The notes: a model not told the origin generated them from the sequence alone. Numbered from the stretch's first letter, positions 16,425 to 26,405 are shown. The stretch: 26,866 nt of DNA from Vulcanimicrobiota bacterium (GCA_003135555.1 PLCF01000091.1:1-26866), one strand, 5' to 3'. Numbers and translations: made by a program.

Positions 16425-17450
16425 ATGCCTTCCGCCCGTGCGGCGCTCCTAGCACTCGCGCTAGTCCCGCTCTGCGCCGCCGCATCGGGCTGCGCCTCGA
16501 AGCAACTCGCGTCAGGGACCGTGCGCATCGGGATGGTGACCGACGTGGGCGGTCTGGGCGATCGCTCGTTCAATGACTCGGCGTACGCCGGCCTGGTACG
16601 CGCCAAGAACGACCTCCACGTCAACACCACCGTGGTGCAGTCACGTTCGGCGGCGGACTATCAGATCAACCTGACCGTGCTGGCGAACAAAGAGTACGAC
16701 GAGATCTTCGCCATCGGCTTCCTCATGGCCAAGGACGTCCAAGAGGTCTCCGAGCGGTACGCGAAACGGCACTTCTCGATCATCGACGCGGTCGTGCCCG
16801 CTCCCAACGTCACGTCGGTGACGTTCAAGGAAGAAGAAGGCTCGTTTCTCGCTGGTGCGCTCGCCGCGATGACCACCAAGACCAAGACCATCGCGTTCTT
16901 GGGCGGCATCGACATCCCGCTGTTGCGCAAGTTCGAAGCCGGCTTCGCCGCGGGCGCGCGCGAGATCGACCCCAGCGTGAAGGTGTTGGTGAAGTACGTC
17001 GGGTCGTTCGAAGACGTCGCCGCGGGCAAGGAGCTCGCCGGCGTGCAGTTCGATCAAGGCGCCGATATCATCTATGTCGCCGCCGGCAAGGCCGGGCTGG
17101 GCGCAATCGATCAGGTCAAACGCCGCAGCAACGCGTTCATCATCGGCGTCGACTCCGATCAGGATGCGATCGCGCCCGGGAAGATTCTCACCAGCATGGT
17201 GAAGCGCGTCGACATCGGCGTGTTCCGGGTCAGCGAGCAGGCCGCCGCGCGCCGGCCGCGCCCGGTCCACCTCACGCTGGGCCTGAAGGAAGGCGGGGTC
17301 GGCCTGACCGATTTCACCTACACGAAAAGTGTCGTGACGCCACGCAAGCGCGCGGTGCTCGACAAGCTGCGCGCGCTGATCGTCGCGGGGACGATCGCCG
17401 CGCCGACCACGCGGGAGGAGTTGGCATCGTTCAAACGCTTCCCGCTCTGA
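16425..17450 (+). CDS. BMP-family ABC substrate-binding lipoprotein (nucleoside-type)
   Basis: Lipobox ASGC; GGLGDRSFNDSA, FKEEEGSFLAG, IGVDSDQ, LTSMVKRVD. Confidence 0.92.
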   Translation: MPSARAALLALALVPLCAAASGCASKQLASGTVRIGMVTDVGGLGDRSFNDSAYAGLVRAKNDLHVNTTVVQSRSAADYQINLTVLANKEYDEIFAIGFLMAKDVQEVSERYAKRHFSIIDAVVPAPNVTSVTFKEEEGSFLAGALAAMTTKTKTIAFLGGIDIPLLRKFEAGFAAGAREIDPSVKVLVKYVGSFEDVAAGKELAGVQFDQGADIIYVAAGKAGLGAIDQVKRRSNAFIIGVDSDQDAIAPGKILTSMVKRVDIGVFRVSEQAAARRPRPVHLTLGLKEGGVGLTDFTYTKSVVTPRKRAVLDKLRALIVAGTIAAPTTREELASFKRFPL

Positions 17451-18865
17451 CGCTGACCGGCGTGCGCCGGCGCTTCGGTGCCGTGCAAGCCGTCGACGGC
17501 GTCGACCTCGAGCTGTATCCGGGCGAAATCCACGCGCTGGTCGGCGAGAACGGCGCGGGGAAATCCACGCTCGCCGCGATCGCGTACGGAGCGGTGCGGC
17601 CCGACGAGGGCACCGTCGCGGCGGACGGCGTGGTCGGCCTCGTGCACCAGCACTTCAAGCTCATCGAACGCTTGCGCGTATGGGAGAACGTGCTGCTCAA
17701 CCGTGAGCCCCGGCGCGGCTGGACGGTCGACGTCGCCGCAGCCCGCGGGCGCGTGTCGGAGCTGGCCGCATCCTACGGCCTGGCGGTCGATCCCGACGCG
17801 CTGGTGGAGACCTTGCCGGTCGGGATCAAGCAGCGCGTCGAGCTGTTGCGCGAGCTGGACCGCGAGCCTGCCGTGCTGCTCCTCGACGAGCCGACCGCGG
17901 CGTTGGCGCCCAGCGAGATCGCGTCGTTCTTCACCACCATCGCCGCGCTGGCCAAACGCGGCACCGCGATCCTGGTGGTGACGCACAAGCTCGCCGAGGT
18001 CATCGCCTACTCGCAGCGCGTAACGGTCATGCGCGCCGGGCGCGTCGTAGGCCGCCACGTCACCGGCGAAACGAGCGCCGATGAGATCGCGCGCGAGATG
18101 GTGGGCGGTGAGGTGCCGGCGGTCGCCGCGCGCGCTGCGACGACGCCGACGCCATTGCTCGAAGTGCGCGATCTCTCCGCCCGCTCGGCGACGAGCACGC
18201 TCGCCGGTGCGACGTTCGCGGTGCGTGCCGGCGAGATCGTCGGCGTCGCCGGCATCGAGGGCAACGGCCAGTCCGCCCTGGCCGATGCGATCGCCGGCGT
18301 GGTGCCGTTCAGCGGCGAGCTCGTGTTCGACGGCGCGCCGCTGAGCGCCGGCGACACGCCCGCATCGCGCCTGCGCCGCGGGATTCGCGTGATCCCGCAA
18401 GACCGTCGTCACGAAGCGCTGGTGCTGGACTGGAACGTTCGCGACAACGTCGCGCTGGGCCGCCAGCGCACGCTGGCGCTGGCCAAGTTCGATGCGGCCG
18501 CGCGCGAGGTGATCGAGCGTTTCGACGTGCGCCCACCTGACCCCGACGCGGTGGTGGCGCAGCTTTCGGGCGGTAACCAACAGAAGATCGTGGTGGGCCG
18601 GATGCTCGCCGACACGCCGCGGCTCGTCGTCGCCTACCAGCCCACGCGCGGCATCGACGTCGGAGCCGCGGCGCTGGTACAGTCGCGCCTCATCGAAGCG
18701 CGCAACGCCGGGGTCGGCGTGCTGCTCATCTCGTTCGAGCTCGACGAGATCTTCGCGTGCGCCGATCGCGTTTTGGTGATCGCGCAGGGGCGTTTCGTCG
18801 GCGCGTTCGATCGCGCCGACATCGATCGCGGCCGCATCGGCTCGCTCATGGCGGGCCACGCGTGA
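17447..18865 (+). CDS. CUT2-type ABC ATPase with two NBDs
   Basis: GENGAGKST, VHQHF, LLLDEPT, LSGGNQQK, QPTRGIDVGA. First canonical start is GTG 17462; CTG 17447 proposed. Confidence 0.92.
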   Translation: MTLTGVRRRFGAVQAVDGVDLELYPGEIHALVGENGAGKSTLAAIAYGAVRPDEGTVAADGVVGLVHQHFKLIERLRVWENVLLNREPRRGWTVDVAAARGRVSELAASYGLAVDPDALVETLPVGIKQRVELLRELDREPAVLLLDEPTAALAPSEIASFFTTIAALAKRGTAILVVTHKLAEVIAYSQRVTVMRAGRVVGRHVTGETSADEIAREMVGGEVPAVAARAATTPTPLLEVRDLSARSATSTLAGATFAVRAGEIVGVAGIEGNGQSALADAIAGVVPFSGELVFDGAPLSAGDTPASRLRRGIRVIPQDRRHEALVLDWNVRDNVALGRQRTLALAKFDAAAREVIERFDVRPPDPDAVVAQLSGGNQQKIVVGRMLADTPRLVVAYQPTRGIDVGAAALVQSRLIEARNAGVGVLLISFELDEIFACADRVLVIAQGRFVGAFDRADIDRGRIGSLMAGHA

Positions 18866-19884
18866 GCGCCGCGTTGCGCACGCGCGCCGTTCGCGACCTC
18901 GCGGTCGTGATCGTGCTCGTGTTCGGTGTCGGGTCGATCGCGATGCTGCTCGCGCACGTTTCGCCGCTGGTCGGTTTCGGCGCGCTCTTCGACGGCGCGT
19001 TCGGCACGCGCTCCGAGCTCGCCGAGACGCTGGTGCAGACGACCAACCTGCTCTTCCCGGCGCTGGGGATAGCGGTCGCGTTCCGCGCCGGGCTGTTCAA
19101 CATCGGGGCCGAGGGGCAGTTGATCCTGGGCGGCTTCGCCGCCGGTTGGCTCGGCGCGCAGCTGCCGCTCCCCGGCTACCTGGCCGTTCCGATGGTGCTG
19201 CTCGCGGGGACGCTCGCCGGCGGCGCGTGGGGGGCGATCCCCGGTTTCCTGCGCGCGCGCTTCGGCGCCAACGAAGTGATCGCGACGCTGATGCTCAACG
19301 TCGTCGCGTTCCTGCTCGCGACGTACCTCGTGAACGGGCCGCTGCAACAAGGCGGCGGCGGCGCGTCGGAAACCGCGGCGTTGCCCAAGGCCGCGCAGCT
19401 ACCCAATCTGATCCCCGACTCGCAGTTGACATGGGCGTTCGTGCTCGCGCTGGTCCTCGCGGTCGCGCTGCGCTGGGTGCTCGCGCGAACGGTGTTCGGT
19501 TACGAGCTGCGCGCGGCCGGCGACGCACCCGAGGCCGCGAAGCGGGCCGGAATCGACCTGGGCCGCACCGCGTTCGTCGCGATGGCGATCTCGGGCGCGT
19601 TCGCCGGACTGGGCGGCGCGACGATCGTCGCGGGCGGGCTGCACCGCTTCAACACCGGGCTCTCGCAGGGGATCGGCTTCATCGCGATCGCGGTGGCGCT
19701 GGTCGGGAATCTGCATCCGTTGTGGATCGTCGTCGCCGCGTTCGCGTTCGGCGTCTTGCAGAGCGGCGCGATCGCGATGCAAGTCGACGCGGGCGTGCCC
19801 AAGGACGTCGTCTCGCTGGTCATCGGCCTGGTGATCATCGCGCTGGCCGGCCGCCGCATCGTGGCCAGCCGGAGGTCGACGTGA
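18862..19884 (+). CDS. ABC transporter permease (nucleoside/sugar type)
   Basis: GLFNIGAEGQ, NEVIATLMLN, FGYELRAAG. GTGA overlap with the ATPase stop. Confidence 0.92.
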   Translation: MSAALRTRAVRDLAVVIVLVFGVGSIAMLLAHVSPLVGFGALFDGAFGTRSELAETLVQTTNLLFPALGIAVAFRAGLFNIGAEGQLILGGFAAGWLGAQLPLPGYLAVPMVLLAGTLAGGAWGAIPGFLRARFGANEVIATLMLNVVAFLLATYLVNGPLQQGGGGASETAALPKAAQLPNLIPDSQLTWAFVLALVLAVALRWVLARTVFGYELRAAGDAPEAAKRAGIDLGRTAFVAMAISGAFAGLGGATIVAGGLHRFNTGLSQGIGFIAIAVALVGNLHPLWIVVAAFAFGVLQSGAIAMQVDAGVPKDVVSLVIGLVIIALAGRRIVASRRST

Positions 19885-20756
19885 ACGCGACGCTGGCGAC
19901 GATCCTCGCGATCTTGGGGCTCACGCTGGTCAAAGCGACGCCGCTGATCTACGCGGCGCTCGGCGGCGTGCTCAGCGAACGCTCGGGCGTGGTGAACATC
20001 GGCCTCGAGGGGATTCTGATCGCCGGAGCGTTCACCGCGGTGGTGGTGAGCGGCGCGACCGGTAGCCCGCTGCTGGGCGCCCTCGCCGGGATCGTGGCGG
20101 GGATGCTCCTCGCGGCGATTCTGGCCTTTGCGGCGACGCGGCTGGGCGTCGACCAGATCGTCGCCGGCACCGGGGTCAACATCGCCGCGCTGGCCGCGGC
20201 CGCATTCGGCTTGGTGCTGGTCTACCATCAGCCCGGCGCGTCGCACGAGGTGCCGGCGTTCGGCCGCAGCGGCGAGACGGTGCTGATCGTCTTGGCGTTC
20301 GTCGCGGCGGCCGCGCTGCATTTCGTGCTGTGGCGCACGCCCTGGGGACTGCGGGTGCGCGCCTGCGGTGAGGATCCCAGCGCCGCCGAGGCCGCCGGGA
20401 TCGATGCCCTGCGGACGCGCTTCTGGGCCGTCGTGATCGGGGGCGCGATCGCGTCGCTGGGCGGCGTGTACCTTTCCCTCGCCGAGCTCGACCTCTATTC
20501 CGATGGGATGACCGCCGGCCGCGGCTTCATCGCGCTCGCCGCGGTGATCTTCGGCCGCTGGACCCCGCTGGGCGCGACCGGCGCGGCGCTGTTCTTCGGC
20601 TTCTTCGCGGCACTGCAGTACTCGCTCCAGCGCGCCGGCGTCCCGACCGAGCTCATGCAAGCGCTGCCGTACCTCGCCGCGCTCGTCGCGCTGGCCGGCT
20701 TCGCCGGACGCGTGCGCGCCCCAGCTTCCGACGGCGTCCCCTACGTGCGCCCCTAG
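19881..20756 (+). CDS. ABC transporter permease (second subunit)
   Basis: SERSGVVNIGLEG, GLRVRACGEDP, AGRGFIALAAVIFGRW. GGAGGT SD and GTGA overlap. Confidence 0.92.
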   Translation: MNATLATILAILGLTLVKATPLIYAALGGVLSERSGVVNIGLEGILIAGAFTAVVVSGATGSPLLGALAGIVAGMLLAAILAFAATRLGVDQIVAGTGVNIAALAAAAFGLVLVYHQPGASHEVPAFGRSGETVLIVLAFVAAAALHFVLWRTPWGLRVRACGEDPSAAEAAGIDALRTRFWAVVIGGAIASLGGVYLSLAELDLYSDGMTAGRGFIALAAVIFGRWTPLGATGAALFFGFFAALQYSLQRAGVPTELMQALPYLAALVALAGFAGRVRAPASDGVPYVRP

Positions 20757-20807
20757 GTCATTGTCACCCTGACGAAGTCACGTGCCCGTGAGCTCCGTCG
20801 AAGGGGT

Positions 20808-20842
20808 GGATGTTGGCACCTTGACTTTCCGCGCCAACATCC
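20808..20842. promoter_or_regulatory. 10-bp inverted repeat enclosing a -35-like TTGACT
   Basis: GGATGTTGGC (20808-20817) and GCCAACATCC (20833-20842); TTGACT at 20821-20826; AT-rich TATGTAACTACA before ATG 20859. Confidence 0.5.
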
Positions 20843-20858
20843 GACATATGTAACTACA

Positions 20859-21896
20859 ATGCGGGTATCGCGACGACTCGTTGCCATCGTCGTCACTCTT
20901 GCCGTCCCGTGCGCCGCCGCTTTACCCGCCGGCGCTACGCCCGTGCCCGGGCCGATGGCGGTGCTCCAAGCGCAGCTCTCGGCCTTCAGCGTGCGTCCTC
21001 CGGGACGTGTCGGGATCGTCGTCGAGGACGTCGCGACCGGGACGACGAGCGGGGTCAACGCCGGCACGGAGATGCCCGCCGCCTCGACGATCAAGATCCC
21101 GGTGATGGTGGAGGTGTTCCAGCAGCTCGGGGCCGGCTCGTTCGACCTCAACACCAAGCTGCGGCTGCGCCGCTCCGACAAAGACTGGGGATCGGGCGAC
21201 CTCGCGGGGGCGCGCGTCGGTTCGAGCTACACCGTCGCCAGGCTGCTGGCGTTGATGATCGACGTCAGCGACAACACCGCGACCAACATGCTCATCCGGC
21301 GCGTCGGCCGGCAGAGAATAAACGCCACGATGATCCGCCTCGGGCTGACCCACACCCGGCTCTCCGACTTCATCCGCACGCAAGGCAGCATGATCCGCTG
21401 GGCGCTGCGCTCGAGTCCGGCCGACATGGCGCACCTGCTCGGCGCGATGGCCAAGGATCAGCTCATCGACCAGTGGTCGTCGCGTCAGATGATCGCGATC
21501 CTGCGTGGCCAGCACTATAATGGGCTGCTCCCGGCGCCGCTACCGGCCGGGACGTCGGTCGCGCACAAGACCGGGACGCTGCACGATACGCTCAACGACG
21601 TGGGGATCGTCTACGAAGGCGAAGCGCCGTACGTGATCGCCGTCATGACGACCGATCTGCGCACCTTGGACTCCGGGCGCCGCTTCATCCGCCACGTGTC
21701 GCGGCTGGCCTACGACGCGTTGGGCAAGTTCGCGTCGTGGCGCGAAGGCAACGGCTTCATCCCGCCCGTCGATTCCTTGCGCGCCGCGCCGACCGACGCG
21801 GCGGCGCCGCTGCCCGATCAGCAGATGTGGACGCCGCAACAGACGGCGCCGCTCGCGCCCGCGCCGCCCAACCCGTCACCGCTCCCCGGCGAGTAA
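20859..21896 (+). CDS. Secreted serine hydrolase, class A beta-lactamase-like fold
   Basis: Signal peptide; STIK (SxxK), SDN, KTG; Pro-rich tail. Confidence 0.88.
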   Translation: MRVSRRLVAIVVTLAVPCAAALPAGATPVPGPMAVLQAQLSAFSVRPPGRVGIVVEDVATGTTSGVNAGTEMPAASTIKIPVMVEVFQQLGAGSFDLNTKLRLRRSDKDWGSGDLAGARVGSSYTVARLLALMIDVSDNTATNMLIRRVGRQRINATMIRLGLTHTRLSDFIRTQGSMIRWALRSSPADMAHLLGAMAKDQLIDQWSSRQMIAILRGQHYNGLLPAPLPAGTSVAHKTGTLHDTLNDVGIVYEGEAPYVIAVMTTDLRTLDSGRRFIRHVSRLAYDALGKFASWREGNGFIPPVDSLRAAPTDAAAPLPDQQMWTPQQTAPLAPAPPNPSPLPGE

Positions 21897-21905
21897 CCCT
21901 CCGGC

Positions 21906-22853
21906 TCAGCTCGCGGCGGCGTGCGATCCGGCGTACGTGCGCGTGAGCCAGCTGTGATATTGCGGCAGCGCTCCGCGGATCGCGCGGTCGTACGTGTCGA
22001 TCATCGCGCCCGCGATCGGCCCGCGCACGCCGCCGCCGATCGCGCGGTGGTCGACCGACTCGATCCACTGCACGCCGGCCGCGCTGCCCGTGATGAAGAG
22101 CTCGTCGGCCACCACCAGCTCGCTACGGTCGATCGGGCGCTCGACGACGTCGAGCCCGAGCTCGTCTTTGGCCAGCGTGATGATCGCGCGGCGGGTCACG
22201 CCTTCGAGGATGTTCTGGGAGGGGTCGGGCGTGTAGAGCACGCCGCGGCGGACCATGAAGACGTTCTCGGCCGAACCCTCGGACACGTGGCCTTCCGCCG
22301 ACAGCATGATCGCCTCGTCGAAGCCGTTCATCACCGCTTCGCTCTTCGCGAGCGCGCTGTTCACGTAGGTTCCGGTAATCTTCGCGCGCGCCGGAGCCAT
22401 CGTGTCGTCGATGCGGCGCCACGAGCTGACGCCGACCTTCAAGCCCTGGTTCGTATCGAAGTAGCGCTCGAACGGGATCGCAACCATCGCGAACGCGTCT
22501 TTCACCCCGTGCAGCCGCACGCCGATGTCTTCGTTGGCCTTGTAGGCGAAGGGCCGTACATAGACGTCGCCTCGAAACGCGTTGCGGCGGCAGATGTCGG
22601 CGGTGAGCTCGCACAGCTGCGGCGTGGAGAGCGGCAGCTCGATCATCAGGATGCGCGCCGATTGCGCCAGCCGGTCGTAGTGATCGGCGAGCTGCAAGAG
22701 GTACAGCTCCTCCTCGCGCGCGTTCCAGAACCCGCGAATCCCCTCGAAGCAGCCGGTACCGTACTGCAGTCCGTGGGTGAGCAGCCCGACCTTCGCGTCG
22801 TCGTAGCGCGAGAGCCGGCCGTCGTGGTAGACCGTCAGGTCGCCCAGGTGCAT
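21906..22853 (-). CDS. ilvE: Branched-chain amino acid aminotransferase
   Basis: HGLQYGTGCFEGIR, AKITGTY, EGSAENVF, ILEGVTR, DELFITGSAA. GGAGG upstream of ATG 22853. Confidence 0.93.
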   Translation of the reverse strand: MHLGDLTVYHDGRLSRYDDAKVGLLTHGLQYGTGCFEGIRGFWNAREEELYLLQLADHYDRLAQSARILMIELPLSTPQLCELTADICRRNAFRGDVYVRPFAYKANEDIGVRLHGVKDAFAMVAIPFERYFDTNQGLKVGVSSWRRIDDTMAPARAKITGTYVNSALAKSEAVMNGFDEAIMLSAEGHVSEGSAENVFMVRRGVLYTPDPSQNILEGVTRRAIITLAKDELGLDVVERPIDRSELVVADELFITGSAAGVQWIESVDHRAIGGGVRGPIAGAMIDTYDRAIRGALPQYHSWLTRTYAGSHAAAS

Positions 22854-22887
22854 GAAGTCGCGATCCTCCGGTGGTAAGGTGGGCGTC

Positions 22888-24054
22888 GTGCGCGAGGTGT
22901 TTACGACCTTCCTCCGCCTCGGCTCGACGTCGTTCGGCGGCCCTATCGCCCACCTCGCGTACTTCCGCCGTACCATCGTGGAGGACCGGCGCTGGCTCGA
23001 CGAGGCGGCCTATGCTCGCATCGTCGCGTTTTGCTCGGTACTCCCGGGACCCACCTCGACCCAGGTAGGGATGCTGATCGGGCTCACCCGCGCCGGTCCG
23101 CTGGGGGCGTTCGCCGCCTGGCTGGGGTTCACGGCCCCGTCCGCCCTGGCGATGGCGGCGTTCGCGGCGGCGCTGGGCGGCGCGCAGCAGCACGTCGCCC
23201 CGCCCTGGTTCGGCGGGTTGCTCAACGGCCTGTTCGCAGCGGCCGCGGCCGTCGTCGCGCAGGCCGTCATCGCGCTGGCGGGCTCGCTGTGCACCGACCT
23301 GCCGACCAAGACGCTGGGCGTCGGCGCGCTGGTCGTGACGCTCGCGCTGCGGCCGTGGCCGGGATTCCAATGGGTGCCGATCCTGTTGGCCGCGGCCGCC
23401 GGCGCGGTCGCGCTGCACGCGCCGGGTCTGCGCGCCGACGGGCTGCCGTTCCGCGTGCCGCGCGGTGTCGCGGTCGCCTGCGGCGTGCTCTTCATCGCCC
23501 TCGTCGCACTCACCGCGTTGCCGAAATCGGCCACCGTCGCGTTCCTGGCCACGCTGGTTCGCGCCGGATCGCTCGTCTTTGGCGGCGGTCACGTCGTGTT
23601 GCCGCTGTTGCAGAGCATGATTCGCGACGGTTTGATCACCGCGCAAGACTTCTTCGCCGGCTACGGCGCCGTACAGGCGATGCCCGGTCCGCTCAACACC
23701 TTCGCGACCTTCTTGGGCTACGCCAACCTTTCGCCCCTGCACGGCCCGGTGGGCGCGCTCGTCGCCACGGTGCTGATCTTCTTGCCGTCGTTCGCGCTGA
23801 TCTTCGCGGTCGCGCCGGTCTGGAACCGCATCGCCGGCGCGCCGCGCGCGGCGGGTGCGATCCGCGGGGCGAACGCGGGCGTCGTCGGGCTGCTCGCCGC
23901 CACGCTCTACGATCCGGTGTTGCTTTCGCTGGGCACCGGCGCCGTCCGGGTCGGCATCGCGCTCGCCGCGTTCGCCGCGATCGCGATCTGGCGCGTCGCA
24001 CCGTGGCTCGTCGTGCTCATCGCTGCAGCGCTCGGGGCGCTCCTGGGAGCATAG
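22888..24054 (+). CDS. chrA: Chromate efflux transporter (long-chain CHR family)
   Basis: FLRLGSTSFGGPIAH, LPGPTSTQ, GSLVFGGGHVVLPLL, AMPGP, IFLPS. Start GTG 22888 or 22879. Confidence 0.9.
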   Translation: MREVFTTFLRLGSTSFGGPIAHLAYFRRTIVEDRRWLDEAAYARIVAFCSVLPGPTSTQVGMLIGLTRAGPLGAFAAWLGFTAPSALAMAAFAAALGGAQQHVAPPWFGGLLNGLFAAAAAVVAQAVIALAGSLCTDLPTKTLGVGALVVTLALRPWPGFQWVPILLAAAAGAVALHAPGLRADGLPFRVPRGVAVACGVLFIALVALTALPKSATVAFLATLVRAGSLVFGGGHVVLPLLQSMIRDGLITAQDFFAGYGAVQAMPGPLNTFATFLGYANLSPLHGPVGALVATVLIFLPSFALIFAVAPVWNRIAGAPRAAGAIRGANAGVVGLLAATLYDPVLLSLGTGAVRVGIALAAFAAIAIWRVAPWLVVLIAAALGALLGA

Positions 24055-24098
24055 CCCGATGTGCGGGAGACGCGGCACCGAACCGGAAGCGAGGCGGC

Positions 24099-26402
24099 GT
24101 GAACCAAAAGTGGATGCAGGGCTTCGCCGCAATCGTCGGTGTTCTCGTGCTGAGCGGCGTCGCGCTTGCCGCGGCCGGCGTGACGACGCTTCCGACGGGG
24201 TGGAAGATTCGTGCCGCCGACGGACCGGTCGCGACGGTCGGAACGCTGCCCACCGGGCTGGCCCTCTCGCGCGACGGCTCGCGCGTGTTCGTGCTCGAAG
24301 CTGGACACCGCAAGCCCGCGCTGCGCGTGCTCGACGCGACGACGCTGCATGAGCTGCGCAGCGTCCCGCTCAACGGGGCGTACGGCGCACCGCTGCGCGA
24401 TGCCGATGGCGACGGCGTATGGGTCGCCATCGCCGGCACGTTCCAAGAATCGATCGCACACATCGACACGACGACCGGCACAGTCGACCACACGGTCTCG
24501 ATGCCGGTACCGTTCTATCCCGTCGCGATCGCGCGGGCGCCCAACGGCCGGCTCGCCGTCGCCGGCGACCTCGTCGATCGCGTCGCCACGGTCGATACGG
24601 CCGCACTGCGCGTCGTCGCGACGCAGGAAGCGGGGCGCCACCCGGCTGCCGTTCAGTTCTCGCCCGACGGGAAGACGTTGTACGTCGCCGACCGCGCCTC
24701 CACGTGGGTGTCCGCTCTTGGTGCGAAGGCCGGACGCATCTTCGTCGGGCACCATCCGGTCGCACTGGCCAGCGACGGAAAGCTGCTCTACGTCGCGGTC
24801 AGCGACGACGACACCGTCGCGGTCGTCGCCCTCGCCACCAACCGCGTCGTGCAGTTCGTGCGCGTCCCGTTCGCGCGCGCCGGCGCCGTCGGGACGTCAC
24901 CCAATGCGCTGACGCTGGACGGCGAGCGCCTCTACGTGAGCTGCGGCGCAGCCAACGCGGTGGCCGTCTTCCGCACCGGCCCGCACGGGCTCACGCCGCT
25001 GGGCGCGATCCCGGCCGGCTGGTATCCGACCGCCGTCGCGGTCGACCGCGCGCACGGGGCGCTCTTCATCGCCGACGGCAAGGGCGAGTCCGGACACGCC
25101 AACCCACGCTTCAACCCGACCGCCCGCACCGAGAGCGACTACATCGCCGACAACCTGGTCGGCTCGATCCGGCGGATCGCGATCCCCGACGACGCTGCGC
25201 TGCGGCGCGGACTCGTCGACGTGCGCGAGCTCGCCCAGCACGAAAGCGTTCCGGCCGATCCGGTCGTGCGGGCCGGCGGCCCGATCAAGCACGTCATCTA
25301 CGTGATCAAAGAGAATCGCTCGTACGACCAGGTTCTGGGCGACGTCAGCGCGGCCGACGGTGATCCTACGCTCGTCATGTACGGCGAGAAGATCACGCCC
25401 AACCAGCATGCGATCGTGAAGCGCTTCGGCGTGTTCGACCGGTTCTTCGAGAACGCGCATGTCAGCGCCGACGGGCACAACTGGTCGGCCGCGGCGTTCG
25501 CCAACGACTACTTGGAACGCATGTGGCCGCAGAACTACGCGACCCGCCGCCCGTTCTACGACTTCGAGGACGGCGCGGAAGCGGCCGTGCCGCACGCGGG
25601 ATACCTTTGGGACGAAGCGGCCAGGCGCAGCGTGTCGCTGCGCAACTACGGCGAGTACATGACCTCCGGCCCGAGCGGACCGACCCCGGTGTCGTCGATG
25701 AACGCCGTGCTGATGAAGAACACCGATCGCAACTACGCTACCTTCGACATGAGCGTCGAGGACATCGCGCGCTTCAACGAGTGGAAGCACGAGTTCGACG
25801 CCTTCGAAGCGTCGCGCACCCTGCCGCAACTGGAGATCGTGCGCTTTCCGCGCGACCACACGTCGGGGACGCGATCAGGGGCCGTGACGCCGCAAGGGAT
25901 GGTCGCCGACAACGACCTCGCCGTCGGCAAGCTCGTCGAAGCGGTCTCGCACAGCCCGGATTGGAGCAGCACGGCGATCTTCGTGATCGAGGACGACGCT
26001 CAGAACGGGCCCGACCACGTCGACGAGCAGCGCTCCACGTTCTATCTGGCGTCACCCTACGCAGCGGGCGGGGTGCAACACGCGATGTACACGCAGGCCT
26101 CCGTACTGCGCACGATCGAGATCCTGCTCGGGATGCGGCCGCTGTCGGCTTACGATGCAGGGGCGGCGCCGCTGACGGCGGCCTTCACCGCGACGCCCAA
26201 CCTCACGCCCTTCGACGCCCTGCCGGCGCAGGTCGACGTGCATGCGAAGAACACCGCCACGGCATATCGCGCAGCCGACAGCGCACGGCTCAACTTCGCG
26301 GTCGCCGACGCGGTCGACGAGGCCACCCTCAACGACATCTTGTGGCACGACGCCAAGGGCGCCAAAGCACCCCTGCCGCGCTACGGAAGCTTCGACCGCT
26401 AA
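24099..26402 (+). CDS. Secreted YncE/YVTN beta-propeller plus phosphoesterase (alkaline phosphatase superfamily)
   Basis: Signal peptide, VG..P propeller repeats, IKHVIYVIKENRSYDQVLGD, SADGHNW, DHT, EDDAQNGPDHVD. Confidence 0.9.
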   Translation: MNQKWMQGFAAIVGVLVLSGVALAAAGVTTLPTGWKIRAADGPVATVGTLPTGLALSRDGSRVFVLEAGHRKPALRVLDATTLHELRSVPLNGAYGAPLRDADGDGVWVAIAGTFQESIAHIDTTTGTVDHTVSMPVPFYPVAIARAPNGRLAVAGDLVDRVATVDTAALRVVATQEAGRHPAAVQFSPDGKTLYVADRASTWVSALGAKAGRIFVGHHPVALASDGKLLYVAVSDDDTVAVVALATNRVVQFVRVPFARAGAVGTSPNALTLDGERLYVSCGAANAVAVFRTGPHGLTPLGAIPAGWYPTAVAVDRAHGALFIADGKGESGHANPRFNPTARTESDYIADNLVGSIRRIAIPDDAALRRGLVDVRELAQHESVPADPVVRAGGPIKHVIYVIKENRSYDQVLGDVSAADGDPTLVMYGEKITPNQHAIVKRFGVFDRFFENAHVSADGHNWSAAAFANDYLERMWPQNYATRRPFYDFEDGAEAAVPHAGYLWDEAARRSVSLRNYGEYMTSGPSGPTPVSSMNAVLMKNTDRNYATFDMSVEDIARFNEWKHEFDAFEASRTLPQLEIVRFPRDHTSGTRSGAVTPQGMVADNDLAVGKLVEAVSHSPDWSSTAIFVIEDDAQNGPDHVDEQRSTFYLASPYAAGGVQHAMYTQASVLRTIEILLGMRPLSAYDAGAAPLTAAFTATPNLTPFDALPAQVDVHAKNTATAYRAADSARLNFAVADAVDEATLNDILWHDAKGAKAPLPRYGSFDR

Positions 26403-26405
26403 CGC

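Noticed and set aside
19146..19880. N-terminal extension of the second permease
   Set aside because: Arg-rich off-frame read of the first permease; SD and GTGA overlap mark 19881.
23031..26402. 1123-aa ORF as a giant fusion
   Set aside because: The first 356 codons are an off-frame shadow of chrA; the real protein starts with a signal peptide at GTG 24099.
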